Shown here in pieces: positions 27,990-38,628 of a stretch of DNA of 64,000 bases. Every line of letters begins with the position of its first letter. Position 1 is the first letter of the stretch. The translations under genes were made by a program, and so were the position numbers. The notes under the pieces were generated by a model. That model was given only the letters and a program-made list of their open reading frames with translations, was not told the DNA's origin and did no database searches. Origin of the DNA: Acidimicrobiales bacterium (GTDB taxonomy: Bacteria; Actinomycetota; Acidimicrobiia; Acidimicrobiales; AC-9); contig JBPYEI010000042.1 in the NCBI GenBank assembly GCA_051985455.1, positions 12,088 to 76,087 of the forward strand. Reading direction: 5' to 3'.

Positions 27990-30212
27990 TCAGGCGCCCT
28001 TGCCCGGGAGTATTCGATAGGCGTCGTACACGCTGTCCAGCCGCTTGATCGTGCCGATCACCGAGTCGAGGTGGCTCGGGTCGGCCAGCTCGAATTCGAA
28101 GCGCATCCGGCTCACCCGGTCCGTAGCCGTGTGGCTGGAGCTGGACAGGATGTTGATGTGGTGCTCGGCCAGGACCTTGGCCACGTCGGCGAGCAGGCGG
28201 GCCCGGTCGAGCGCCTTGACCTCGATCGACGCCACGAACACGCCAGTGGCATCGCGATCCCACTCCACCTCGATCAGCCGCTCGCCCGTCTGCGACGACA
28301 GCGACATGGCGTTGGCGCAGTCGCCCCGGTGGACCGACACGCCCCGGCCTCTGGTGATGAAGCCGAGGATCTCGTCGCCCGGCACCGGCGTGCAACACCG
28401 CGAGAGGCGGATCATCACATCGTCCAACCCCTCGACGTAGACACCGGTGGACTGGCGCCGGCTCGGGCGCCGGGGCGGGCGGGCCGTCGTGGGGAGCTGC
28501 TCGTCGTGGCCGCCGCCCCGCAGCTGCCGGGACAGCCGCTGGGCCACGGAGATGGCCGACACGTGGCCCTCGCCGATGGCGGCATGCAGAGCGTCGAGGT
28601 CGGCGTAGTTCATGGACTCGGCCAGCGTGCTGATCGACGCCGAGGCGGCCAGCTTCTGCACCGGCAGGCCCTCGCGCCGGAGCGCCTTGACCAGCTCGTC
28701 CTTGCCCGTCTCGATGGCATCCTCGCGCCGCTCACGGCTGAACCACTGGCGGATCTTGTTGCGGGCACGGGGCGTGACGACCAGCTTGAGCCAGTCACGC
28801 GAGGGCCCCGCCGTGGGCACCTTGGACGTGAAGATCTCGACCGTGTCACCCGAGTGAAGAGCCGAGTCCAGCGGGATCAGCCGCCCGTTCACCCGGGCGC
28901 CGATGCAGCGGTGGCCGACCTCGGTGTGGATGGCGTAGGCGAAGTCGATGGGCGTCGCCGCCGTCGGGAGGGTGAGGACCTTCCCCTTCGGGGTGAACAC
29001 GTACACCTCGTCCTGGTCGAGGTCGAGCTTGAGCGTCTCCAGGAACTCGGTGGGATCAGGGGTGTCCCGCTGCCAATCGACGATGCGCTGGAGCCATGCG
29101 ATCTCCGCTGCCGTCGACTTCTCCTTGTAGCCCCAGTGGGCGGCGATGCCGAACTCCGCCCGGTTGTGCATCTCCCTGGTGCGGATCTGCACCTCGAGCG
29201 GCTTGCCCAGGGCACCGACGACCGTGGTGTGGAGCGACTGGTAGAGGTTGAACTTCGGCGTGTTGATGTAGTCCTTGAACCGGCCCGGCACGGGGCTCCA
29301 GATGGCGTGGATGGCTCCCAGGGCGGCCCAGCAGTCCTTCTCCGACTCGACCAGGACGCGGATGCCGACCAGGTCGTAGATGTCGTCGAACTCCTTGCCC
29401 TTGACGACCATCTTCTCGTAGATGCTCCACAGGTGTTTGGGCCGGCCCGTGACCTCGCACTTGATGGCCACCTCGTGGAGCCGCTCCCTGACGGACTCCT
29501 GCACCTGCGCCAGATAGATGTCCCGCTCCGGCGAGCGGGTGGCGACCATCTGCTCGATCTCGGCATACCGCTTGGGGTGGAGCGTGGCGAAGGCGAGGTC
29601 CTCGAGCTGCCAGCGGATCTCCTGGATGCCCAGGCGGTGGGCCAGCGGCGCGTAGATGTCCATCGTCTCCTGGGCCGTCCGGCGCTGCTTCCACGCCGGC
29701 ATGCTGGCCAGGGTCCGCATGTTGTGCAGGCGGTCGGCCAGCTTGATGATCAGGACCCGCCAGTCCTTGGCCATCGCCACCAGCATCTTGCGCATGGTGG
29801 CCGCCTGCTGTGCCTCTCTGGAGTCGAACCGCAGGCGATCGAGCTTGGTGACGCCGTCGACGATCGCCGCCACGACCGGCCCGAAGTCCTCGGTCACCGA
29901 CTCCAGTGCGAGTCCCGTGTCCTCGACCGCGTCGTGCAGCAAGGCGGCCGCGATGGTCACGTCGTCGAGGCCCAGCTCGGCCACGACGGTGGCCACGGCG
30001 AGGGGGTGGTTGATGTAGGGCTCCCCCGAATTGCGTACCTGGTCGACGTGGGCCTCCTCGGCCACGGCGTAGGCCTGCACGACGAGCGACGTCGACGCCT
30101 TGGGGTGCCGGGAACGGAAGGCCTTGATCAGCGGTGTGACGGCGGGGGCGGGCGCCGCGGCTTGCCGGTGCCAGGGCAGGATCCCCCGGTCGACGCCCAC
30201 CATGCGCATCAT
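27990..30212 (-). CDS. rel: Bifunctional (p)ppGpp synthetase/hydrolase
   Basis: SGEPYINHP, LLHDAVED, KLADRLHNMRTL and YQSLHTTV; TGS and ACT domains. Confidence 0.97.
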   Translation of the reverse strand: MMRMVGVDRGILPWHRQAAAPAPAVTPLIKAFRSRHPKASTSLVVQAYAVAEEAHVDQVRNSGEPYINHPLAVATVVAELGLDDVTIAAALLHDAVEDTGLALESVTEDFGPVVAAIVDGVTKLDRLRFDSREAQQAATMRKMLVAMAKDWRVLIIKLADRLHNMRTLASMPAWKQRRTAQETMDIYAPLAHRLGIQEIRWQLEDLAFATLHPKRYAEIEQMVATRSPERDIYLAQVQESVRERLHEVAIKCEVTGRPKHLWSIYEKMVVKGKEFDDIYDLVGIRVLVESEKDCWAALGAIHAIWSPVPGRFKDYINTPKFNLYQSLHTTVVGALGKPLEVQIRTREMHNRAEFGIAAHWGYKEKSTAAEIAWLQRIVDWQRDTPDPTEFLETLKLDLDQDEVYVFTPKGKVLTLPTAATPIDFAYAIHTEVGHRCIGARVNGRLIPLDSALHSGDTVEIFTSKVPTAGPSRDWLKLVVTPRARNKIRQWFSRERREDAIETGKDELVKALRREGLPVQKLAASASISTLAESMNYADLDALHAAIGEGHVSAISVAQRLSRQLRGGGHDEQLPTTARPPRRPSRRQSTGVYVEGLDDVMIRLSRCCTPVPGDEILGFITRGRGVSVHRGDCANAMSLSSQTGERLIEVEWDRDATGVFVASIEVKALDRARLLADVAKVLAEHHINILSSSSHTATDRVSRMRFEFELADPSHLDSVIGTIKRLDSVYDAYRILPGKGA

Positions 30213-30300
30213 CTACTTCGACCCGATCAGGCCTACACCCATCTCCATTTCCCCAAAGTAGTCGGCGGAGGGGCCGCCAGGCAGCATCTGCAGGCGTGTG

Positions 30301-31572
30301 CTAGCGCCGCTTGCCCCTCTTTCGGGGCCGAGGCGACGAGCGGCGGGTCGAGGACCGGCCTCCTCGGGTGGAGCTCGGACGCGGGCGCCCGGCGGGAGTG
30401 GGCGCGGGCCGTTGGGCGGCACCGTCGGTCGATTTTGCTGAAGCTCCGTCCTCGGTGGGCGCTCCTCCGTCACCCGACGCTGCGGCGCGGCCGGCTCCGG
30501 ATCCCGCTCGCACCAGGGCGCCCTGCTGGCTACCGCCGGCCCGGGCGGCGGCGGCAGCGGCAGGCGTGAGCAGGGTCATGGCCTCGCCCCGGGCGGTGAG
30601 CCGCTGGCGGATCGTCGCATAGCGTCCCTCGCGCTCCTTCATCATGGCCAGCAGCGGCGAGGCGATGAAGATCGAGGAGTAGGCCCCGCTGGCCAGGCCG
30701 ATGAACAGTGCGAGCCCGAACTCCTGCAGGGTCTTGGCCCCGAGGATCTGGGCGCCGATGACCAGGATGGACAAGATCGGTATCAGGGCCACCAGCGAGG
30801 TGTTGATCGACCGCATCAGCACCTGGTTCATGGACAGGTTCACCATGTCGGTGTAGGTGAGGCGGCCCGTCGATGCCAGGCCCTTGGCGTTTTCCTGGAC
30901 GCGGTCGAACACCACGATGGTGTCGTACAGGGAATAGCCCAGGATCGTCAGGAACGCGACCACCGTGGCTGGGCTGACCTGCAGACCCGACAACGAATAG
31001 ATCCCAACGGTGACGAGGATGTCGTGGATGACGGCCACGATCGCCGCCAGCGCCATCTTCCACTCGAAGCGCAACGTGATGTAGGCGGCGATGGCGAGAA
31101 AGAAGAACAGCAGCGCGTAAGCGGCCTTGTTGGTGATCTCGTTGCCCCAGGTCGGCCCCACGTCTTCGACGCTCACCTGGGACGGCGCCACGTGGGCGAG
31201 GGAGGCGAGCTTGTTGGTGACAGCCTGCTTCTGGGCAGCCTGGTGGGCGGCGGTGCCGGACTGGATGTTCGCCTCGACGTCGAGTGTGCGCCCGCCCAGC
31301 ACGGTGATGGTGGGGTTGGTCAGGCCCACCGAGCCGACCGCCGACCGGGCCTGGCTGACGCTGACGTTGGGGGCCACGACCTGCCAGGACGTGCCTCCCT
31401 TGAACTCGATGCTGAAGTTGAGGCCCTTCACGCCGAGCGAGATGCCGCCCACCACGATGATCACCAGCGACAGCAGGAACCAGCGCCGGCGCTTGCCGAC
31501 GAAGTCGAAGGCGGTCTCGCCGCGGTAGAGGCGCGACCAGAGGCCCCGCAGCCCCCTCCTCGTCTCGCTCAT
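30301..31572 (-). CDS. secF: Protein translocase subunit SecF
   Basis: IEFKGG, VGPTWG, GYSLYDTIVVFDRVQEN and GAYSSIFIA. Confidence 0.96.
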   Translation of the reverse strand: MSETRRGLRGLWSRLYRGETAFDFVGKRRRWFLLSLVIIVVGGISLGVKGLNFSIEFKGGTSWQVVAPNVSVSQARSAVGSVGLTNPTITVLGGRTLDVEANIQSGTAAHQAAQKQAVTNKLASLAHVAPSQVSVEDVGPTWGNEITNKAAYALLFFFLAIAAYITLRFEWKMALAAIVAVIHDILVTVGIYSLSGLQVSPATVVAFLTILGYSLYDTIVVFDRVQENAKGLASTGRLTYTDMVNLSMNQVLMRSINTSLVALIPILSILVIGAQILGAKTLQEFGLALFIGLASGAYSSIFIASPLLAMMKEREGRYATIRQRLTARGEAMTLLTPAAAAAARAGGSQQGALVRAGSGAGRAAASGDGGAPTEDGASAKSTDGAAQRPAPTPAGRPRPSSTRGGRSSTRRSSPRPRKRGKRR

Positions 31573-33047
31573 ACCGGCGTCTCCGCCGGGCGCTTGGCCG
31601 GCCGCTCGGTCCTGGTCTCAGTAGGAGCCGACGCCAGCCCGCTCGCCACCCCCAGCCAGCGCGCTTCAGTGAAGACGCGGTTGCGTCCCAGCATGATCAC
31701 CATGGGCCGGGTGAAGGTGTAGGTAATGACGACGTCCAGCGCAGTGGCGATCAGCAGGTAGAAGGCGAACCCCCGCACCGCGCCGACGCTACGCCACCAC
31801 AGGATGAGGGCGCCGATGGCGGACACGGCGTCAGCGGCCAGGACCGTACGGAACGCCGACTTGAAGCCGCGGTCCACCGAGGAGCGGATGGTCTTGCCCG
31901 AACGTATTTCGTCTTTTAATCGCTCGAAGTAGACGACATACGAGTCGACTGCGATGCCGATGGACACGATGATGCCGATTACGCCCGAGAGGTCGAGGGC
32001 AAGCCCGCTGGTGTGGCTCAGGTAGGACACGATGACCCACAGCAGCGCTGCCGTGAGGGCGAGCCCGGCGATCACGACGAGGCCCAGCGCCCGGTAGTAG
32101 GCGACCATGTACAGCATCACCAGCCCCAGCCCGACCAGACCGGCGATGAGTCCGGCATGCAGGGAATCACGGCCGAGCGTGGGCGACACCGTCGTCGCCG
32201 TCTGCTGATTGAGCTGGACCGGGAGGGCCCCGTAGCGGAGGACGAGGGCCAGGTTCTTCGCCGACGACTCGGTGAAGCTCCCCGTGATCTGGCCCTGGCC
32301 TCCGAAGCTCTGGGCGTTGATCGTCGGCGCCGACTGCACGACTCCGTCGAGCTCGATCGCCACCTGCTTCTGGTAGTTCTGCTGGGCCAGCTGGTCGAAC
32401 TTGGGCGACCCTGAGCTCGTCAGGGTGAAGTTGACCTGCCAGCCACCACCACCGTTCGAGGGCAACGCGGCCGTGGCGTTCTTGATGATGCTGCCGTTGA
32501 GTATGGCGGGTCCGAGGACGTAGCGGGTGGTCGAGCCCGCCTCGGGCAGCAGGACGTTGGACTGCGAGGTGTCGCTCCCCTTCGGCGTGCTGGGCACGCT
32601 GGCGAGCGAGGTGTCGGGCTGGCCGGGCGAGACCGACGACGAGCACTGGGGCGGACCCGGGGGAGGCGGTGGCGTGCCCGGAGCCGGGGCCGTGTAGGGC
32701 ACCGTCGTGCAGAGCACGGGCCGGAAGAACAGCTGCGCCGTCTGGCCCACGATCTGGAGCGCTCGCTGCTGGTCCTTCACGCCCGGTAGCTGGATGATGA
32801 TGTTGTTGCCCTGGCGGGCGATGTTGGGCTCGGAGACGCCGAGGGCGTCGACCCGGTTGCGGATGATCGCGATGGCCTGGTTGAGCTGGTCCTCCGGCAC
32901 CGGATGCGCCGGCTGGTACACGACAGAAGCCCCACCCTGGAGGTCAAGTCCCAACGAGGGCGTGAACCCGGCGGCGATGACCGCCGCCAGGGCGCCCACG
33001 CACACCAGTACGGTCCCGATGATCCACAACAACAGGGGCCGTCTCAC
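31569..33047 (-). CDS. secD: Protein translocase subunit SecD
   Basis: LGLDLQGG, RVDALGVSEP, LRYGALP and FERLKDE. Confidence 0.96.
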   Translation of the reverse strand: MRRPLLLWIIGTVLVCVGALAAVIAAGFTPSLGLDLQGGASVVYQPAHPVPEDQLNQAIAIIRNRVDALGVSEPNIARQGNNIIIQLPGVKDQQRALQIVGQTAQLFFRPVLCTTVPYTAPAPGTPPPPPGPPQCSSSVSPGQPDTSLASVPSTPKGSDTSQSNVLLPEAGSTTRYVLGPAILNGSIIKNATAALPSNGGGGWQVNFTLTSSGSPKFDQLAQQNYQKQVAIELDGVVQSAPTINAQSFGGQGQITGSFTESSAKNLALVLRYGALPVQLNQQTATTVSPTLGRDSLHAGLIAGLVGLGLVMLYMVAYYRALGLVVIAGLALTAALLWVIVSYLSHTSGLALDLSGVIGIIVSIGIAVDSYVVYFERLKDEIRSGKTIRSSVDRGFKSAFRTVLAADAVSAIGALILWWRSVGAVRGFAFYLLIATALDVVITYTFTRPMVIMLGRNRVFTEARWLGVASGLASAPTETRTERPAKRPAETPV

Positions 33048-33061
33048 TGCAGCCGTCCCAT

Positions 33062-33481
33062 CTAGCCGGCGATCTCCTCGGGCCCCTGCTCCTTGCGACG
33101 CTCACGGGCGTGGCCGGACGTCTCGGCCCCCTCTTCGGGGGACTCCTCGTCACTCGCTTCGTCGGCGCTCTCGTCCAGCTCGTCGTCCACGTCGTCATCC
33201 ATCTCGTCGAGGTCCTCGTCAGCCTCGGTGGGATGCTCCACCTTGCGGCCGAGCGCCTGACGCAGCATGGCGATGGTCACGCCGGGCGCCACCTCGATGT
33301 AGACGCGGTCGTCCTCGATCGCTTCGACGACGCCGACGATGCCGCTGACCGTCACGACCTCGTCACCCACGTCGATGGATGACAACAGGGCTTGCTGCTG
33401 GCGGACGCGCTGCTGCTGGGGCCGAATGAGCAGCACATACATCAAAATGAGCAACAGGGGCAGAAAGAGGAGGATTTCCAT
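33062..33481 (-). CDS. yajC: Preprotein translocase subunit YajC with acidic tail
   Basis: LLIRPQQQR, GDEVVTVSGIVG and EVAPGV; lies upstream of secD. Confidence 0.92.
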   Translation of the reverse strand: MEILLFLPLLLILMYVLLIRPQQQRVRQQQALLSSIDVGDEVVTVSGIVGVVEAIEDDRVYIEVAPGVTIAMLRQALGRKVEHPTEADEDLDEMDDDVDDELDESADEASDEESPEEGAETSGHARERRKEQGPEEIAG

Positions 33482-33542
33482 CGGTTGGCCCTCCGAGAAG
33501 GAGCAATCGTCGAGGTTAGTCCAGGCCGGCTGGCGGAGGTTT

Positions 33543-34667
33543 TCACTCGGGAGAGGCGGCCAGGTTGCCCCATCCATCGGCCAGCTCGGCCCGCAAGCCG
33601 GTGAGGGTGCCGGCTCGGATGGCCGCCTGGATGCGGGCCACGAGGGCCAGGGTCCACGCCAGGTTGTGGATGGTGACGAGTCGTCGGGCCGACGCCTCAC
33701 CGACGACCAGCAGGTGGCGCAGGTATCCCCTCGACCAGCGTGCACACACCTCACAGGGGCAAGCGGGATCGATGGGACCGCCGTCCCGGGCGAAGGTCGC
33801 GTTGCGCAACCGGATGGGTCCCTCCGCTGTCAGCGCCGTGCCGTGTCGGGCCAACCGAGTGGGCAGCACGCAGTCGAACATGTCGGCACCCACAGTGACG
33901 GCCTCGACGAGCCCGACAGGGTCGCCGACGCCCATCAAGTAGCGCGGTCGATCCGCAGGTAACTCGGCCACCGTCGGGGCCAGGGCGGCCAGCATCTCGC
34001 TCCGGCTCTCGCCCACCGACAACCCGCCGATGCCGTAACCCGCGAGGTCGAGCTCGGCCGTCCGTCGGGCGCTCTCGGTTCGCAGGGCCTCGTCGATCCC
34101 TCCCTGCACGATGCCGAACAGGGCCTGGCCTTCGCGGCCCGAGCTCCGGTGCGCCCGGCGAGCCCGGTCCCCCCACGCCAAGGTCCGCTCGACGGCCTGG
34201 CGCAGCACCTGGGGTGCCGACGACAGCGGCGGGCACACGTCGAGGGCCATCTGGATGTCGGCGCCCAGGAGGCCCTGGACGGCCACGGCCCGCTCGGGCG
34301 TCAGGCGGTGCGTCGACCCGTCGTAGGTGGAGCGGAACGTCACCCCGTCGTCGTCCACCCGCGGCGCCAGGGACAGCACCTGGTAGCCCCCCGAGTCGGT
34401 GAGCACATGACCTCTCCACGAGGCGAACCGGTGGATCCCGCCCATCTCGGCCACCACGTCGGCACCGGGACGCAACATCAGGTGGTAAGCGTTGGCCAGG
34501 GTGACCTCGACGCCGAGCGCCTCGAGGTCGGCGCTCGAGAGGCCCTTCACGCTCCCGCGGGTCCCGACGGGCATGAAGCACGGTGTGGTGAAGTGGCCGC
34601 GTGGCGTCTCCACCAACCCGCAGCGGGCGGCCCCGTCGGCGGCGACAGCGGTGAACCGAAGCGTCAC
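33543..34667 (-). CDS. tgt: tRNA-guanine transglycosylase
   Basis: TPCFMPVGT, TDSGGYQ, GIVQGG, GGLSVGE, DCVLPTR and CxCxxC..H zinc site. Confidence 0.96.
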   Translation of the reverse strand: MTLRFTAVAADGAARCGLVETPRGHFTTPCFMPVGTRGSVKGLSSADLEALGVEVTLANAYHLMLRPGADVVAEMGGIHRFASWRGHVLTDSGGYQVLSLAPRVDDDGVTFRSTYDGSTHRLTPERAVAVQGLLGADIQMALDVCPPLSSAPQVLRQAVERTLAWGDRARRAHRSSGREGQALFGIVQGGIDEALRTESARRTAELDLAGYGIGGLSVGESRSEMLAALAPTVAELPADRPRYLMGVGDPVGLVEAVTVGADMFDCVLPTRLARHGTALTAEGPIRLRNATFARDGGPIDPACPCEVCARWSRGYLRHLLVVGEASARRLVTIHNLAWTLALVARIQAAIRAGTLTGLRAELADGWGNLAASPE

Positions 34668-35734
34668 GCGCCGCTGCCTGTGCCTGACCTGCTCACGAGC
34701 ATGGCGTCGCCGAAGGACAGGAAGCGGTAACCCTCATCCAGTGCGAGGTCGTAGAGCCCTCGCCACCGCTCGCCACAGAAGGCGTTGACCAGCAGCAGGA
34801 GCGACGAGCGGGGAAGGTGGAAGTTGGTCAGCAGCACGTCGACCAGGCGGAACGGAAAGCTCCCGTGGATGAACAGCGACGTGCGCCCCTGGAGCTCGCC
34901 CGTTGCCGCCGCCGACTCCAGCGCTCGCACGGTCGTCGTGCCCACTGCCACGACCCGGCGCGCTTTGGTGCACGCGTCGAGCGTCTCTGTCGGGACCGCG
35001 TAGCGCTCGCTGTGCATGTCGTGGTCCTCGGGCCGGCTCGCTTTGACAGGCCGGAACGTGTCGGGCCCGACGGCCAGGTCGACCGTCGCCACCTCGACGC
35101 CGCGCTCGCCACACCGCTCAACTAGCTCGGCGTCGAAGTGGAGGCCGGCGGTGGGGGCCGCCACCGAGCCCGAGCGGCGGGCGAACACGGTCTGATACCG
35201 ATCGGGATCGTCGAGCGGCTGGTGGATGTACGGCGGCAACGGCAGCTCGCCACGGGAGTCGAGCAGGCTGTCGTCGAACAGCCGCACGACTCGCCGGCCG
35301 TCGGGCACGGCGCCGCTCGGTCCGGCAGCCCCACCTGGTGGGGCGGCGTGGCCTGGTCCCGCGGCCCCACCCACCTCGACGGCGGGGTCGTCGCCCGCGT
35401 ACAGGGTCGTGCCCGCCGCGACCCGTCGCCCCGGTCGGACCAGCGCCTCCCAACGGCCGCCGCCCCTGTCGTCGGCGGCCGGCTCGAGCAGCAGCACCTC
35501 GACGGCGCCGCCGGTGGCCTTGCGCAGCCGAAGACGGGCGGGGATCACTCGGGTCTCGTTCACCACGAGCAGATCGCCCGGCTCGAGCACGTCGGGCAGA
35601 TCGGCGACCGTGAGATGGCGAGGTGGACTCGAGTCGTCCAGAGCCACCAGCATCCGCGCCGCTGAGCGGTGGGACGTGGGCCGCTGGGCGATCGCCTCCG
35701 AGGGCAGGTGATAGTCGAAGCGCTCCAGCCCCAC
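34664..35734 (-). CDS. queA: SAM:tRNA ribosyltransferase-isomerase
   Basis: FDYHLP, PLPPYI, YQTVFA, AAPTAGLHF, TNFHLPRS and YRFLSFGDAM. Confidence 0.96.
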   Translation of the reverse strand: MGLERFDYHLPSEAIAQRPTSHRSAARMLVALDDSSPPRHLTVADLPDVLEPGDLLVVNETRVIPARLRLRKATGGAVEVLLLEPAADDRGGGRWEALVRPGRRVAAGTTLYAGDDPAVEVGGAAGPGHAAPPGGAAGPSGAVPDGRRVVRLFDDSLLDSRGELPLPPYIHQPLDDPDRYQTVFARRSGSVAAPTAGLHFDAELVERCGERGVEVATVDLAVGPDTFRPVKASRPEDHDMHSERYAVPTETLDACTKARRVVAVGTTTVRALESAAATGELQGRTSLFIHGSFPFRLVDVLLTNFHLPRSSLLLLVNAFCGERWRGLYDLALDEGYRFLSFGDAMLVSRSGTGSGA

Positions 35735-35769
35735 GGCCCGAGCGTACGAGGAGGACTCCCCGGCGCGCG

Positions 35770-36897
35770 CTAGTCGAACAGGCCCTCGGGGGTGGGCGGG
35801 CTGGCCATGCCCAGGTGGCCCCACGCCGCCGGGGCCGGCACCCGGCCCCGAGCTGTGCGCATCAGCAGCCCCCGTTGCAGCAGGAAGGGCTCGTACACGT
35901 CCTCGACCGTCTCGGGCTCCTCGCCGACGCTGACTGCCAGGGTGGAGAGCCCCACGGGACGGCCTCCGAAGCGGCGGCACAGCGCCTCGAGGATCGACCG
36001 GTCCACCTTGTCGAGACCCAGATGGTCGACCCCGAACAGCTCGAGTCCCTCCGACGCCGACGCCCGGGTCACGATCCCCTCACCGCGAACCTCGACGAAG
36101 TCCCTGACCCGGCGCAGCAGCCGGTTGGCGATCCGGGGCGTGCCCCGGGACCGGCCCGCGATCTCCTCGGCGCCCCCGCCGTCGATCTCCACGGCGAGGA
36201 AGCGGGCTGTCCGTTCGACGATCGCCTCGAGCTCGTCCGCGGCGTAGTAGTCGAGCCGGGCGACGAAGCCGAACCGCTCGCGCAGCGGGCTGGTCACCAG
36301 CCCCGTCCTCGTGGTCGCACCGACCAGCGTGAAGCGAGGGAGGTCGAGGCGGATCGACCGGGCCGTTGGTCCCTTGCCGATGACGATGTCGAGCTGAAAG
36401 TCCTCCATCGCCGGGTACAGGATCTCCTCGACGGCCCGCGCCAGGCGATGGATCTCGTCGATGAACAAGACGTCGCCTTCGCTCAGGTCGGTGAGGATGG
36501 CGGCCAGGTCGCCGCCCCGCACCAACGCCGGGCCCGACGTGATCCGCAACCCGGCTCCCATCTCGTTGGCGACGATGCCGGCGAGCGTGGTCTTGCCCAG
36601 GCCCGGAGGTCCGGCGAAGAGCAGGTGATCGACGGCCTCGCCTCGCCGCCGGGCCGCTTCCAGCACGATCTCGAGGTGCTCCTTGAGCTCGGACTGGCCC
36701 ACGAACTCGCCCAGGTGACGGGGACGGAGCCCGACTTCCTCGGCCAGCTCCACGGGCGCGGCCGAGGGGTCGACGGGCCGGCCCCCGTCTGTGGGGGCGC
36801 CGTCGGTGCCACCCCGGGCGGGTCCGCCGTTGGCTCTCCCACCGCCTCGGGCCTCGGCTCGGCCGTCGGGGCTCACGACCTCGCGGCGGCGGCTCAC
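35770..36897 (-). CDS. ruvB: Holliday junction branch migration helicase RuvB
   Basis: [25 protein letters not shown] and [11 protein letters not shown]. Confidence 0.97.
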   Translation of the reverse strand: MSRRREVVSPDGRAEARGGGRANGGPARGGTDGAPTDGGRPVDPSAAPVELAEEVGLRPRHLGEFVGQSELKEHLEIVLEAARRRGEAVDHLLFAGPPGLGKTTLAGIVANEMGAGLRITSGPALVRGGDLAAILTDLSEGDVLFIDEIHRLARAVEEILYPAMEDFQLDIVIGKGPTARSIRLDLPRFTLVGATTRTGLVTSPLRERFGFVARLDYYAADELEAIVERTARFLAVEIDGGGAEEIAGRSRGTPRIANRLLRRVRDFVEVRGEGIVTRASASEGLELFGVDHLGLDKVDRSILEALCRRFGGRPVGLSTLAVSVGEEPETVEDVYEPFLLQRGLLMRTARGRVPAPAAWGHLGMASPPTPEGLFD

Positions 36898-37487
36898 GGC
36901 GTGGCCGCCAGCTCACGCAGGGCCGCCCGCAACACCTCCTCGGTCGCGCCCTCGGCCGGCACCGACTGCAGCACCTGTCGCACCTCGTCGGGACCGTAAC
37001 CCAACCCGGCCAGGGCAGCGCGGACCTCGGCGCGCACGCCGGCCCCGCTGCGGCCGGCGGCCGTCGGCTCTGCATCGAGGTCGGGCAGCTCGAAGCGAGC
37101 CTTGAGCTCGATCAACAGGCGAGCCGCCGTCTTGCGGCCGACCCCGGGGACCAGCACCAGCGCCTCGATGTCGTCGGCGAGCACCGCCCGCTGCAAGGTG
37201 GCCGGGCTGTGGGCAGAGAGGATGGCGAGCGCCAGCGCCGGTCCCACGCCGTGGGCGCCCACCAACGCCTCGAAGCACCGGCGCTGGTCACGGGACGCGA
37301 ACCCGTAGAGCACGATGGCGTCGTCGCGCACGTGGGTGTGCACGTGGAGGAAGGTCGGAGCGCCCAGCTCCAGCGAGACGAGCGTCGACGTCGGGACGGT
37401 GACCCGGTAGCCCACGCCGCCCACCTCGACGAGCACCTCGCCGACATCGTCGCGGTCGATCACCACACCCCGCAGGGAGCCGATCAC
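36894..37487 (-). CDS. ruvA: Holliday junction DNA-binding protein RuvA
   Basis: [21 protein letters not shown] and PGVGRKTA. Confidence 0.96.
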   Translation of the reverse strand: MIGSLRGVVIDRDDVGEVLVEVGGVGYRVTVPTSTLVSLELGAPTFLHVHTHVRDDAIVLYGFASRDQRRCFEALVGAHGVGPALALAILSAHSPATLQRAVLADDIEALVLVPGVGRKTAARLLIELKARFELPDLDAEPTAAGRSGAGVRAEVRAALAGLGYGPDEVRQVLQSVPAEGATEEVLRAALRELAATP

Positions 37488-37999
37488 GGTCGGCCTCCTC
37501 GTGCCGCGCCGGCGTCGATCCGTTGGGCGCGGGGCGCCACGGTCAGATGACAGATGGCCAGCGCCAGGGCGTCGGCGACGTCATTCGGCGCCGGCGGCTC
37601 CTCGAGGCCGAGCAGGATGGCGACCATCCGCTGCACCTGCTCCTTGGTCGCCGACCCGTACCCGGTAACGGCCTGCTTCACCTCGTTCGACGTGTACTGG
37701 GCAACGGCACAGCCGGCCTCGGCCGCCGCCACCAGCGCCAAGCCGCTGGCCTGCCCGACCGACATGGCCGTGCGGGCGTTGGTCTGAAAGAACACCCGCT
37801 CGACGGCCACCGCCGCAGGGCTGAGCTCGCTGATCAGGGCCCGCAGCTCGGCGGCCAGATCCGCCAGTCGCTCCGGCAACGCAGCCGCTGCCTCGGTCGT
37901 GATCACCCCGGCCGCGACCGCCGACAGCTCGTCGCCGTGGCCGGTGACGCAGCCGTAACCGCACGAGGACACCCCGGGGTCGATTCCGAGCACGAACAC
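37484..37999 (-). CDS. ruvC: Crossover junction endodeoxyribonuclease RuvC
   Basis: LGIDPG, VERVFF, VKQAVTGYG..KEQV and DVADALALAICH. Confidence 0.96.
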   Translation of the reverse strand: MFVLGIDPGVSSCGYGCVTGHGDELSAVAAGVITTEAAAALPERLADLAAELRALISELSPAAVAVERVFFQTNARTAMSVGQASGLALVAAAEAGCAVAQYTSNEVKQAVTGYGSATKEQVQRMVAILLGLEEPPAPNDVADALALAICHLTVAPRAQRIDAGAARGGRP

Positions 38000-38103
38000 T
38001 CGTTCGAGCCTACTGGAGCAGCCGATGGCCGGCGCGGATGGGCGATCGTGCACGGGATGATCGTTGCCGGTCCAAACAATGCGGCAGCAGTAGCGTGTGA
38101 GCC

Positions 38104-38625
38104 ATGGGGGCTGCGGCCGCCGGCGACAGGCGGCTCACCGAACCTCTCATTCGTGGCGTGCCCGCCGAGCTGGCCGAGCACACCGGCTTCCTTTTGTCGA
38201 AGCTGGGCCTGGCCACCAGCCGTCGCTTCGCCGAGGCCATGTCGCCGTTGGGGCTCGACCCTCGCCAGTTCGCCGTGATCACCGTGCTCGCCGCCCACGA
38301 CGGCGTGGCCCAGCAGGAGCTGGCGGAGCGGTTGCGCATCCACCCGAGCTCCATGGTCGCCGTCGTCGACGACTGCGAGACGGCCGGGCTGCTCGAACGC
38401 AGGCGCGACCCCGGCGACCGGCGCCGGTACGCCATCCACCTGACGCCCAAGGGTCGCGCCGTCCTGGCGCGGGCCCGTGACGCCGCTGCCGCGCTGCACC
38501 AGGACATGTTCGGCGAGCTCGACGCGGCCGAGCAACAGGACCTCCACCGACTCCTCCTCCGCCTGGCCACCACCGGCCCCCTCTCCGACTTCGGCACCGC
38601 CTCGGGCGTCAGCCGCCCCGCCTGA
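38104..38625 (+). CDS. MarR family transcriptional regulator
   Basis: QQELAERLRI..SMVAVVD and DRRRYAIHLTPKG. Confidence 0.9.
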   Translation: MGAAAAGDRRLTEPLIRGVPAELAEHTGFLLSKLGLATSRRFAEAMSPLGLDPRQFAVITVLAAHDGVAQQELAERLRIHPSSMVAVVDDCETAGLLERRRDPGDRRRYAIHLTPKGRAVLARARDAAAALHQDMFGELDAAEQQDLHRLLLRLATTGPLSDFGTASGVSRPA

Positions 38626-38628
38626 GCG